64,000 bases of DNA. Source: Bdellovibrionales bacterium (lineage in GTDB: Bacteria; Bdellovibrionota; Bdellovibrionia; Bdellovibrionales; CAYMLA01). Below the pieces are notes generated by a model, which was not told the origin of the DNA, did not search any database, and saw only the letters and a program-made list of their open reading frames with translations. The translations under genes were made by a program, and so were the position numbers. This document shows, piece by piece, positions 18,815 to 28,099 of this stretch; within the stretch, counting starts at the first letter, position 1; each line of letters starts with the position of its first letter. The stretch spans positions 2,106,532 through 2,170,531 of the forward strand of contig OZ244239.1 in assembly GCA_965217115.1 (NCBI GenBank), read 5' to 3'.

Positions 18815-21645
18815 CAATTCAATCCGAAAATACCCTAGAGAATTTGCTTATTGAGCAGTTGGTGTCATTGGAATACGAAAAAGTGTCAGCGAACACCGAA
18901 GAGAAGCTATTGGTTAATTTAAAGACCCAGTTGGAAAAACACAACAAAACGACCTTTAGCGGGATTGAGTTTAAGCGCATTATGAACCACCTTAGCAGGG
19001 GTAGTGTTTTTGAGAAATCCAAGATTCTTAGAGACAAGTTTGTGCTTAATCGAGAAGATGGAACTAAGAGCTATATCAATTTTTTAGATAGCACACACTG
19101 GTGTCAGAACTTATTTCAAGTCACCAGTCAAGTCACCATTGAGGGGAAATACAAAAACCGTTACGATGTAACTCTTCTAATAAACGGTCTTCCCCTTGTG
19201 CAAATCGAGTTAAAGCGCAGAGGGTCAGAACTTAAAAAAGCTTTTAATCAAAATAACCGTTATCAAAGGCACTCTTTCCATGCCAATAGTGCCTTATTCG
19301 GGTATGTGCAAATATTTGTCATTTCAAATGGAGTCAATACTAAGTACTATGCCAATAATAGAGATCAATCTTTTAAACAAACTTTTTTCTGGGCTGATAA
19401 AGACAACAGAAACATAACAAACCTGAATAAATTCACAGGGAGTTTCTTAGAGAGATGTCATATCTCAAAAATGATCTGTAGATATATCGTTTTAGCCGAG
19501 AGTGATAAAAGACCTATGGTTTTGCGTCCATATCAGTACTACGCCACTGAATTGATTCTTGATAGAGTGGTTAACTCCAATAGAAATGCTTACATCTGGC
19601 ACACCACGGGGAGTGGAAAAACATTAACATCATTTAAAACTTCACAGTTACTAATGAAACTTCCGCAAGTGTATAAGGTGGTCTTTGTTGTAGATAGAAA
19701 GGATTTAGATTATCAAACCACTAAAGAATTTAATAGTTTTAGCAGTGGTAGCGTGGATGGCACAGACAACACCCAAGCCCTGGTGAGACAATTCAACGAT
19801 GATACAAAACTCATTGTCACCACCATCCAAAAGCTAAATACGGCGATCAGTAAAGAGCGATATCTGTCCACCATGGAAAATTTAAAAGACAAGAACATCG
19901 TATTTATTCTCGATGAATGTCATCGTTCACAATTTGGAGAGACTCACCTAAAGATTACAAAGTTTTTCGAGAAAAGCCAGATGATTGGCTTCACAGGCAC
20001 GCCGATATTTGCACAAAATGCTGTTGCCAATACGATTGGCAAGCGCACCACTGCCGATCTATTTGATAAATGCCTCCATAAATATGTCATCACTGACGCG
20101 ATTGCTGACGATAATGTGTTGAAATTCTCCATTGAGTATGTCGGTAGATATAGACAAAGAGAAGGCAGTGCTAATAGTATTGATATTAAAGTTGAGAATA
20201 TTGACACTAAAGAGGCACTAGAATCTGATGATAGATTAGAGAAAATCACAAACTACATTATTGCAAACCATGGTCGTAAGACACATGCTAAAGATTTTAA
20301 TGCCATGCTTGCTGTGAGCGGTATTTCGACACTAACAAAGTACTATGAGCTATTTAAATCAAAAAAGGAAAGGGGTGAGCATAATCTAAAAATAGCAACC
20401 ATCTTTAGTTACAGTGCCAATGAGGATGATAAAGACGCTGATGGTATTCCTGAATCAGAGGGCGCAAATGTTGATGAGGCCAATATTAATCAGCACAGTC
20501 GAGATAAATTAGAGAGTTATATTGAAGATTACAACCAGTTATTTGGCACGAAGTTTACCACCAAGGAGTCGCAGAGTTATTATAACTATTATAATGACAT
20601 TGCTAAACGAGTAAGAAACAGGGAAATTGATATTTTGCTAGTGATTAATATGTTTTTGACAGGTTTTGATAGCCCTACACTTAACACCCTGTATGTGGAT
20701 AAAAAGTTAAAGTATCATGGACTCATTCAAGCCTTTTCACGGACCAATAGGATTGTGGCTGAAAAGAAATCCCAAGGAAATATTGTAAGTTTTAGAAATC
20801 TTAAAGAGGCCACCGATGAAGCGATCACCCTATTCTCAAATAAGGATGCCAGAGAGAAAATATTGATTCAGCCTTATGAGGAGTATGTCGAGTTGTTTAA
20901 CAAAGCATTTGCAACCCTACTGGGCATAGCACCCAGTGTTAATAGCGCGGGTGCCTTAGTGACTAAGGAAGAGCAGCTAAAATTCATTAAAGCCTTTAGA
21001 GAGTTGATGCGGCTAAAGAATGTTCTCTCTGGATTTAGTGATTTTAATTTCTCAGATTTATCTATGGGAGAGCAGCAGTTCGAGGATTACAAGTCTAAGT
21101 ATCTCGATTTGTATGAGGCAGTTAAGTACAGTATGGAGGATAACAGAGTATCTATACTTGATGATGTGGATTTTGAACTGGACCTCCTCCACAGAGATGA
21201 AATCAATGTGGATTATATATTGAAGCTTCTTACTGAATACAATGGAAGCACAGAAGAACAATGGGATGAGAAGAAGGAAAATATTTTTAATCTCATATCT
21301 GGCCAAGAACACTTAAGGTCTAAGAGAGAATTAATTGAAGAATTTATCGACAATAACTTAATAAATATCTCTAACGGAGATGATATTGAGACTGAGTTTA
21401 ATAAATTCTGGGAGGAACAGAAATCAAAGGAACTTACTGAGTTATGCGATGAAGAGAATTTAGACAAGCCTCGCGTTAAGAGCCTTATCGAAACCTACAT
21501 CTACGATCAACGTGAGCCACTGGGCGATGATATCGCTAAAACACTACAAACCAAATTCAAATTACTAGAGCGACAAAAAGTGATCTCAAGGGTCCTTAAT
21601 ATGCTCATGAAGCATATTGAAAAATTCTATAACGCAAAGACCTGA
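18811..21645 (+). CDS. hsdR: Type I restriction endonuclease subunit R
   Basis: RYDVTLLINGLPLVQIELK nuclease motif; HTTGSGKT; DECHRSQ; FTGTP; TGFDSP; QAFSRTNR. Confidence 0.97.
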   Translation: MTIQSENTLENLLIEQLVSLEYEKVSANTEEKLLVNLKTQLEKHNKTTFSGIEFKRIMNHLSRGSVFEKSKILRDKFVLNREDGTKSYINFLDSTHWCQNLFQVTSQVTIEGKYKNRYDVTLLINGLPLVQIELKRRGSELKKAFNQNNRYQRHSFHANSALFGYVQIFVISNGVNTKYYANNRDQSFKQTFFWADKDNRNITNLNKFTGSFLERCHISKMICRYIVLAESDKRPMVLRPYQYYATELILDRVVNSNRNAYIWHTTGSGKTLTSFKTSQLLMKLPQVYKVVFVVDRKDLDYQTTKEFNSFSSGSVDGTDNTQALVRQFNDDTKLIVTTIQKLNTAISKERYLSTMENLKDKNIVFILDECHRSQFGETHLKITKFFEKSQMIGFTGTPIFAQNAVANTIGKRTTADLFDKCLHKYVITDAIADDNVLKFSIEYVGRYRQREGSANSIDIKVENIDTKEALESDDRLEKITNYIIANHGRKTHAKDFNAMLAVSGISTLTKYYELFKSKKERGEHNLKIATIFSYSANEDDKDADGIPESEGANVDEANINQHSRDKLESYIEDYNQLFGTKFTTKESQSYYNYYNDIAKRVRNREIDILLVINMFLTGFDSPTLNTLYVDKKLKYHGLIQAFSRTNRIVAEKKSQGNIVSFRNLKEATDEAITLFSNKDAREKILIQPYEEYVELFNKAFATLLGIAPSVNSAGALVTKEEQLKFIKAFRELMRLKNVLSGFSDFNFSDLSMGEQQFEDYKSKYLDLYEAVKYSMEDNRVSILDDVDFELDLLHRDEINVDYILKLLTEYNGSTEEQWDEKKENIFNLISGQEHLRSKRELIEEFIDNNLINISNGDDIETEFNKFWEEQKSKELTELCDEENLDKPRVKSLIETYIYDQREPLGDDIAKTLQTKFKLLERQKVISRVLNMLMKHIEKFYNAKT

Positions 21646-21729
21646 TTACTCCTAAAAAAAAGTCGAAGCCCAAACTGAGGCAGGGTCAAAGTTTATGGAG
21701 ATATGCAAGAAAATAGTCACAGATACTAT

Positions 21730-23631
21730 TTAGGTGTCATTATTTTTTATATCTACTGGGTTAGACCAAATTTTTTCTAAATTTACAGTGTCGCTATTTG
21801 GCTGATTAGCTTTATCTAAGAGATCTATAGTGGTCTTCACAGGTAAATTTGTTGCTACTCCAGCAAAAAAACAACTTCCAACTGATAAAATAGGTATGGA
21901 TTCAAAAGATAGCTTGTCTAAGTAAGCAACGGCTTTATGAATTGCATTTATATCAGAATCATTTAATAATTTGTGAATGAAATAATTATGCAACTGTGAA
22001 ATCATTGTGGTTGATATATCCTGTGGCCTCTGGCTGGCGATGGTTAAAAATGTATTAAATTTTCTACCCTCTTTGATAATCTCCTCAAATATTTCTAATC
22101 TGTAATCTTTCCAACTTTCGCTCTCTCGTGCTGATTTATCCGATAGGATATTGTGAGCTTCATCAATGATCAAATGTAATGATTTTTCTTTAAAATCTTT
22201 GTCTGCCTTATGAGTTTCATATAATTTTTTGATTATCAACAATGGCAATGTTTTTTTGATTTCTGTATTAACATCCTTCAAGTTAATAATGATTAAGTTT
22301 TTTTTATCAAAGATATCGGAGTCACTTCCTGTATTTAAAACTTTTTCAATATCTTTTTGCTTGCTCTTTAGTTTGTTGATAGCTGGCGCAATATGGTCAT
22401 TTTGAGCTTTATCATTATAAACGTCATAAATTATTTGCAAATACAGGAAATGTATAAATTTTGATATAGAATCTTTTGGGAACTCATAAGTGTCAATTCT
22501 TCTATATATGTCTAACTCTTCAATATCATTATCAACTAGCTTGTGTCGGGGGTTACCATAATTATTTGGAATAAACCCTTTAGGATCTACTCCTGATCCA
22601 CCACCATGCCATTCTAATCTAGCAAATATTTCTTCATCAGTTTTTTTTATTATATTTTCGAAATAGTCAAGTAATGTAAAAGCCTTATCTTTTAAGATCA
22701 TGCGGTAGATTTTTTTTAGCTCAGATCTTAATGAATTTTTGAAATGGTTTAAAGATTCGTTATGCACTTTGTGTACACGTTTATATAATCTGATAGTTCT
22801 TTCTATAAAAGGCTTCTGTGTTTTTTCTGTTGCATTTGCTAAAATTGAAAGTAACTCAATGTCAATTAAATCTTTTTCATGTAATGGAATTTTATCTTCC
22901 CCGTTCTCTGTTGCTGTGCTTAGAGTATAAACTTTTTTATTCTCTGTGATAATTTGATCTTGGTCCTCATCCTCATCTTTTCCACCATACTCGCCGTTAA
23001 AATCTATAATTACAAACCGAGATTTTTCCTTAAAATCGTCACGTTCCTCCATGAGCTTAAAAAGTTCATAGTATATTTTTGCTAGAGTATGGGATTTCCC
23101 ACTTCCAGTATTACCAAAAATACCGATGTGGCTTGCAAATAGTTGGTTAATAGATACTTTTATTTTTTGTGCAGGTTCATCTGACAGAGAGCCGATAGTA
23201 ATCGTTTTTTCATCTTCTCTATGGAACTGATGCAGTTGACGAAATTCATCTCTGTCGAGTAAATAACAATCATTGTCAACAAGTGGCATTTCTTTTATAC
23301 CTTGCCTAAACTTACTTCCTTCAAAATAACCAGCTAATGAAACTTCTAAAAACCGCTCAATATTATCCTCTTCCTTGTTATATTCTTTATGAGTAACTGC
23401 TTTAGTCCCTATAGATTCACCTTCAATTTTACCAATAATATTAGTAAATCCCTTGGTTATTTTAATGTAACTATTAACGGAGATATTTTTTAAGACTTGA
23501 CCATCAAATAAGAGATGAGATGCATTTTTGTTTTTATTAACCTTAATTCTAACAGATCTACCAGAGATGGAGTGGACTGAGCCAACTATAAAAACTGACT
23601 CCCTCTTTAATTGACTCTTGACATCACGCAT
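21730..23631 (-). CDS. herA: HerA-family (DUF87) ATPase/helicase
   Basis: HIGIFGNTGSGKS, IIDFNGEY, IIDEAH, EGRKF, SQRP; start at ATG 23631 overlapping the Sir2 stop is preferred to the track start 23655. Confidence 0.92.
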   Translation of the reverse strand: MRDVKSQLKRESVFIVGSVHSISGRSVRIKVNKNKNASHLLFDGQVLKNISVNSYIKITKGFTNIIGKIEGESIGTKAVTHKEYNKEEDNIERFLEVSLAGYFEGSKFRQGIKEMPLVDNDCYLLDRDEFRQLHQFHREDEKTITIGSLSDEPAQKIKVSINQLFASHIGIFGNTGSGKSHTLAKIYYELFKLMEERDDFKEKSRFVIIDFNGEYGGKDEDEDQDQIITENKKVYTLSTATENGEDKIPLHEKDLIDIELLSILANATEKTQKPFIERTIRLYKRVHKVHNESLNHFKNSLRSELKKIYRMILKDKAFTLLDYFENIIKKTDEEIFARLEWHGGGSGVDPKGFIPNNYGNPRHKLVDNDIEELDIYRRIDTYEFPKDSISKFIHFLYLQIIYDVYNDKAQNDHIAPAINKLKSKQKDIEKVLNTGSDSDIFDKKNLIIINLKDVNTEIKKTLPLLIIKKLYETHKADKDFKEKSLHLIIDEAHNILSDKSARESESWKDYRLEIFEEIIKEGRKFNTFLTIASQRPQDISTTMISQLHNYFIHKLLNDSDINAIHKAVAYLDKLSFESIPILSVGSCFFAGVATNLPVKTTIDLLDKANQPNSDTVNLEKIWSNPVDIKNNDT

Positions 23632-24748
23632 CGCTGCTATCCTCTTTTGTGGCATTCATTTTTTTAAATATTTGATCAGTTATTCTTTCTAAACCATAGT
23701 TATCTCCATTTTTAGGTGCGATAATTTTTATATTATGATTTTTTGATGTCTCCATTAATTCGTTAAGATATGCTCCACTGTCCTCTGAATAAGAAAAAAC
23801 ATACACTTGCAACGTTGGATTTGATCTTGCTGCTCTTTTCGTGATCTCTTTAATATGTTGGTCCTTCATTGAGAAACCAATGACAAATAGGACAGAATTT
23901 TCTTTCTCCAATTCATTAGAATATGAGCGTAACAGTTCATAGTAGTATTTGTTTAAAACTGTCTCAGAGAACTTAGTCTCTTCAGGGTTAACAACAAGGA
24001 TCTTTTTTTGATATTCTTTTAGGAAAGTTCTTTTTTTCTTTATTAAAGAACGCTCAAAATGAGACAAGTCTGAAGATAAATATATTTTCCTATTCTCATT
24101 GTTGAGATCAGACTCGTTATATTTCCAATTAACAGAGCCGTGAATTTTAAAAATATTAAATATAGGGATTTCAGAACGTTTATCAAAATGTTGACTTCTT
24201 TGTATAATTGATTGCTTAAAATTACTCAAATCAAAAACAGGGTTCATTTTACCTAGAAAGCCATCATTATAATGAATTTCTAAATCTTCTAATACTTTTT
24301 CAAAAAAAATATCAATATTTGTCGTGAATATATTTACCTGTCGTCCTATTACAGTTGTTTTTCTATCTAGAATGAGCTTTGATAGAGTCGTAAGGAAATT
24401 CATATAGTTCCTGTACGTTATCCATAAGCTTATCTTGTTGGGCTCAGCTTCTTCTTGTAATTTATCGTGTCTATATTTAGAGCAGGGCTCTTTGAAATCA
24501 TATGAAATTATATATTTATTTGGAAGCATCACTTTTTCAAAATACTCTTTGTATTTATCTGATTTTTCGACTGCCTTTTTTGCGTTATTTATATCGTGCT
24601 CAATATTATTTAACGTCGGAAGGCATGGCTGAGATATGCCTGATCCCATTAAGAAATTAATATTTGCACTAGCAAATATGTCTTTGAACCTTGGCAATAA
24701 ATGCTCTAATTCATCTTGAGTATTATCCTCGTCACTCACTTGAACCAC
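23624..24748 (-). CDS. SIR2-like domain protein (NADase of a Sir2-HerA defence system)
   Basis: NFLMGSGIS, FTTNID, KIHGS, IGFSMKDQHI; directly upstream of herA. Confidence 0.88.
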   Translation of the reverse strand: MVQVSDEDNTQDELEHLLPRFKDIFASANINFLMGSGISQPCLPTLNNIEHDINNAKKAVEKSDKYKEYFEKVMLPNKYIISYDFKEPCSKYRHDKLQEEAEPNKISLWITYRNYMNFLTTLSKLILDRKTTVIGRQVNIFTTNIDIFFEKVLEDLEIHYNDGFLGKMNPVFDLSNFKQSIIQRSQHFDKRSEIPIFNIFKIHGSVNWKYNESDLNNENRKIYLSSDLSHFERSLIKKKRTFLKEYQKKILVVNPEETKFSETVLNKYYYELLRSYSNELEKENSVLFVIGFSMKDQHIKEITKRAARSNPTLQVYVFSYSEDSGAYLNELMETSKNHNIKIIAPKNGDNYGLERITDQIFKKMNATKEDSSDA

Positions 24749-24833
24749 CTTTCTGTTGTTTTCATAAAATAAAAAGAGACCAAAATTTTAATGACACAAT
24801 TCAAAAAATAAATTGCCATCAGATAAAAATCTG

Positions 24834-25238
24834 TTAAATAATTAGGATAACTAAGGCTAAAAAGATAATTTCTATTAAATAAAAAATAGAGAGCGTTAAA
24901 GAAAGAATTGCACTAATCCATTTGTTGTTTTTTCTAGTTAATTCAGAGAGGGTGTTCATTTTAAAATTGGTGGTTTCTTGCTTGCGGACATCATCATAGA
25001 TACATCTAAAAAACCTTTCTTGCCAAAGAAAATAACCATCTAGTATCCAGAACCCTAGTATCGGGATAAAAAAACAAGTTAAAATATAAGAAGAGTTATC
25101 TTGTTTTGATATGAGTAAAATAGCCCCAGTAAGAAGCCCCATACTCCATGATTTTATATAAAAAGAATTTTGAGCGAGCCTGTTTATGATGCCTTGTATG
25201 AACTCTAAATGTTTTATTACCATCTCATTATCAGTCAC
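24834..25238 (-). CDS. Small multi-TM protein coupled to the TIR gene (candidate membrane effector)
   Basis: 134 aa, about 3 hydrophobic segments, HLEFIQGIINRLAQNSF..K.W; GTG start 1 bp after the TIR stop. Confidence 0.75.
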   Translation of the reverse strand: MTDNEMVIKHLEFIQGIINRLAQNSFYIKSWSMGLLTGAILLISKQDNSSYILTCFFIPILGFWILDGYFLWQERFFRCIYDDVRKQETTNFKMNTLSELTRKNNKWISAILSLTLSIFYLIEIIFLALVILII

Positions 25239-25239
25239 T

Positions 25240-25890
25240 TCAAACCTCTTTACAAAGATCGTACTCTTCTTTTTTATCTCTTATACTGATGGCCTTATTT
25301 ATATAACAATCTGTATCATTAATAAAATCCTTCCATTCAATACTTTTAATGTATGAACCTTTCCTATATTTACAATGTTTACACCTAGCTGTATGTTTCT
25401 TTTTTCGATTGAACATATTATTCTTTAAAATTCCGAATAAACGACTTGTTCTAAGAGTTCGAAGATTACAGTGGGCGCAAGTATTTTCTCTGATAAAGTA
25501 AGCATATTCTTCATTTGAGTCAGGTAAAACAACAGCAAGTATAGCATTAGTTTGGCTTGTCACGTCGTTTCTGGTAACCTTTTTTAATGAATAAGCTATC
25601 TCCCAAGGAATCCATTGATCATCTTCAGGCTTAGAATCTTCTTTCATATTTGGGGATATCAAAACGATAGTTACGCTGCTATCATAAATCTTATCTTTTA
25701 AGCGAGATTCAATAGTTTCATCCTTAAAATGACTTAGATCCTCATTGCCTTCTCCTTTATAAATGTCATTAGTAAAACAGTTCTCCTCAAGATAATCTAC
25801 GTAATCACGGGCAGTGCCATGACGTCCTTCTGGTAATTTGTAAACATCGTTATCGCGATATTTATATGAAACAAATATTTTTCGCGCCAT
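25240..25890 (-). CDS. TIR-domain protein, ThsB/MTH538 (DUF1863)-like
   Basis: MARKIFVSYKY, SSVTIVLISPN, WIPWEI (catalytic Glu position); GGAG RBS. Confidence 0.88.
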   Translation of the reverse strand: MARKIFVSYKYRDNDVYKLPEGRHGTARDYVDYLEENCFTNDIYKGEGNEDLSHFKDETIESRLKDKIYDSSVTIVLISPNMKEDSKPEDDQWIPWEIAYSLKKVTRNDVTSQTNAILAVVLPDSNEEYAYFIRENTCAHCNLRTLRTSRLFGILKNNMFNRKKKHTARCKHCKYRKGSYIKSIEWKDFINDTDCYINKAISIRDKKEEYDLCKEV

Positions 25891-26154
25891 TTCATCGCTC
25901 CGTTTTTATTTTACTGTTTTGCCTGTGAATCTCAACCTTTGAGTGTTTGCTTGATATTACATGCCCAGCTGCATTCCCACCAGAATATTATTGAAATTCC
26001 ATAGGAGTGTCTCTTTTCAGTGCAAGGTTTTATTGGAGAATCGTCATTGCAGGAACACAGTATGAATATCGAAATTGAAACGGGTGCTAGGGAAACACCA
26101 AGACGCCTCATATTGATATTAAAAGCAACCCTGCACACAGAGGGGAATAGTTAT

Positions 26155-26181
26155 TAAGGCATCTCTACTTTTATCCGATGA
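26155..26181 (+). promoter_or_regulatory. Putative sigma-28 promoter of the Sel1 gene
   Basis: TAAGGCAT-N11-TCCGATGA, 43 bp upstream of the ATG. Confidence 0.5.
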
Positions 26182-26224
26182 ATCTAGGGTGAGAGTTGTT
26201 AGTTGATTTGGGAGAGAGAGTTAG

Positions 26225-27217
26225 ATGTTTTCTAGGAAAGTTTTAATGGGGTTGTTTTTAAGTCTTTTTTTTGGATTTGTTGTGTTTGCAGATCTTAAGG
26301 AGACTGAGGTCACTCAAAAAGATCCCCTACAAGGTGATGTGGGGGCTCAGTATCATTTAGGGCTTATGTACTATGGCGGGCAAGGGATTCCAAGGAATCA
26401 TAAAACAGCTAGAGGTTTGTTCAAAAAAGCGGCCCTTCAAGGTTATGCTCCAGCTCAGAATAGCTTAGGGATTATGTACAATAGAGGGCATGGCGTCCTA
26501 AAGAATTATAAAAAAGCGGCGGCTTTGTACAGAAAGGCAGCCCTCCAAGGCTTTGTTCAAGCTCAGTATAATTTAGGGGTTATGTACTACAATGGGCAAG
26601 GCGTTCCAAAGAATTATAAAAAAGCGGCGGCTTTGTACAGAAAGGCAGCCCTCCAAGGCTTTGTTCGAGCTCAGTATAATTTAGGGGTCATGCACTATGC
26701 TGGGGAAGGTGTTCCAAAGAGTTATAAGAAAGCCATCGGTTTGTACAAAAAGTTAGACCTTCAAGGTTATGCTCAAGCTCAGTACAATTTAGGGGTGATG
26801 CACTATAGTGGGGAAGGCGTTCCAAAGAATTATAAAAAAGCGATGGCTTTGTACAGAAAAGCAGCCCTCCAAGGTCATGCTCCAGCTCAGTATAATTTAG
26901 GGTCCATGCACTATGGTGGGCAAGGCGTTCCAAAGAATTATAAAACAGCCGCAGGTTGGTACAAAAAATCAGCTCTCCAAGGCGATCCCAAATCTCAGTA
27001 TAATCTAGGGGTGATGCATATTGAAGGGCAGGGCGTTTCAGAGAACTATATCACAGGCTATGCTTGGCTATTTATAGCTGCATCAAGAAAGTATCCGGCG
27101 GCGAGTCATCTTTTAAATATTTTAGAAAAGGAAATGACAAAGTCACAGATAGTTAATGCTCAGAAGCTACTCTCAAAATTAAAGTCAAAGTCCAGAAATT
27201 TGAATTCTCTAAAATAA
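26225..27217 (+). CDS. Secreted Sel1-like repeat protein (7 repeats)
   Basis: Signal peptide plus seven 36-aa AQYNLG.MY..G.GVPKNYKKA repeats. Confidence 0.93.
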   Translation: MFSRKVLMGLFLSLFFGFVVFADLKETEVTQKDPLQGDVGAQYHLGLMYYGGQGIPRNHKTARGLFKKAALQGYAPAQNSLGIMYNRGHGVLKNYKKAAALYRKAALQGFVQAQYNLGVMYYNGQGVPKNYKKAAALYRKAALQGFVRAQYNLGVMHYAGEGVPKSYKKAIGLYKKLDLQGYAQAQYNLGVMHYSGEGVPKNYKKAMALYRKAALQGHAPAQYNLGSMHYGGQGVPKNYKTAAGWYKKSALQGDPKSQYNLGVMHIEGQGVSENYITGYAWLFIAASRKYPAASHLLNILEKEMTKSQIVNAQKLLSKLKSKSRNLNSLK

Positions 27218-27347
27218 AATATTAATTGATCCTTCTTGAACATCTGGGGGTGGGTTGTTCCGACTGAGTGATATATCAAAAAAAAGAGGATTTCTCGGGG
27301 AAATATTGGATAAAAGAAGTTTATGACAAAAGCCCCCCCTTGGGCGA

Positions 27348-27752
27348 CTAAAGGTGAATATTAAGGGTTAGTGGCAAGTTATGCAAAATCTTTTTGAGTG
27401 TTTCTCCTGTAATGTTTGTGTACCCCTCGGCTTCATACCTAGAGATCATTCTTACTGGCACATCGACTTTTCTTGCGAAAGCCTCCTTTGTTAAGTTTTC
27501 TGCAATTCTATATTTGATAGGTAATAACAAGATTTCTTCAGGCGTATCTATTTTTATTGCTTTAAGCCCTTTAGAGCAAAGTTTTTCATACTCAGAGACA
27601 TCATCTTCAAGTTTTTGCTTCAGAGCTTCTGTTTGGATAACAGAGGATTTTGCAAGAATATTTTTCGCTGATTTTCTCATTTCAATAAGAGACTCAGATA
27701 AAGAATCAATTTTTTTCTTAGCTGCATTTAGTTGTCGATCACTTGTAATCAT
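27348..27752 (-). CDS. XRE/HTH antitoxin-like transcriptional regulator
   Basis: C-terminal HTH LTKEAFARKVDVPVRMISRYEA; MITSDRQ-type N-terminus; GGAG RBS. Confidence 0.75.
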   Translation of the reverse strand: MITSDRQLNAAKKKIDSLSESLIEMRKSAKNILAKSSVIQTEALKQKLEDDVSEYEKLCSKGLKAIKIDTPEEILLLPIKYRIAENLTKEAFARKVDVPVRMISRYEAEGYTNITGETLKKILHNLPLTLNIHL

Positions 27753-27762
27753 AATGCACTCC

Positions 27763-28050
27763 TTAAAGGTTTATTTGAATAATGCCTTTGGCCTCGCCAT
27801 TTTTGTTAGTTTGAAAAAAATCAGGAAAAGGTTTGTTTGTACTTTTCTCCTTCTGTTCTGCAATAAAAAAGTCTAAACTATATTCTTTTAGAATGTTCTC
27901 TCTACATATTTGAGACTCTTCGGCAGAGCTAAAGTTCCAGAAGCTTTCATCGAGTAAATGTAGATTTTCTTCTTTCACTCCATTGATCTCCCAACAACCA
28001 TCAATATCATTTGGTACCCCCTTAGCTGTGGTGAAACTTCCATGTTTCCA
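27763..28050 (-). pseudogene. 5'-truncated DUF6932-like nucleotidyltransferase-fold gene
   Basis: GSFTTAKGVPNDIDGCW ... DFFQ...KGIIQI; the upstream part of the ORF looks unrelated and overlaps the DUF262 gene end. Confidence 0.6.
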
Positions 28051-28099
28051 CGATTTTTTACCCACAGACTCTGCGGAAGAGGCACTTTTTTTATTTCTA

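Noticed and set aside
23624..25890. Canonical type I Thoeris (ThsA SIR2-SLOG + ThsB)
   Set aside because: The Sir2 protein shows no room or motif for a SLOG domain and is coupled to HerA.
25932..26138. 68-aa ORF upstream of TIR
   Set aside because: No convincing RBS or family motif; could be a remnant but cannot be supported.
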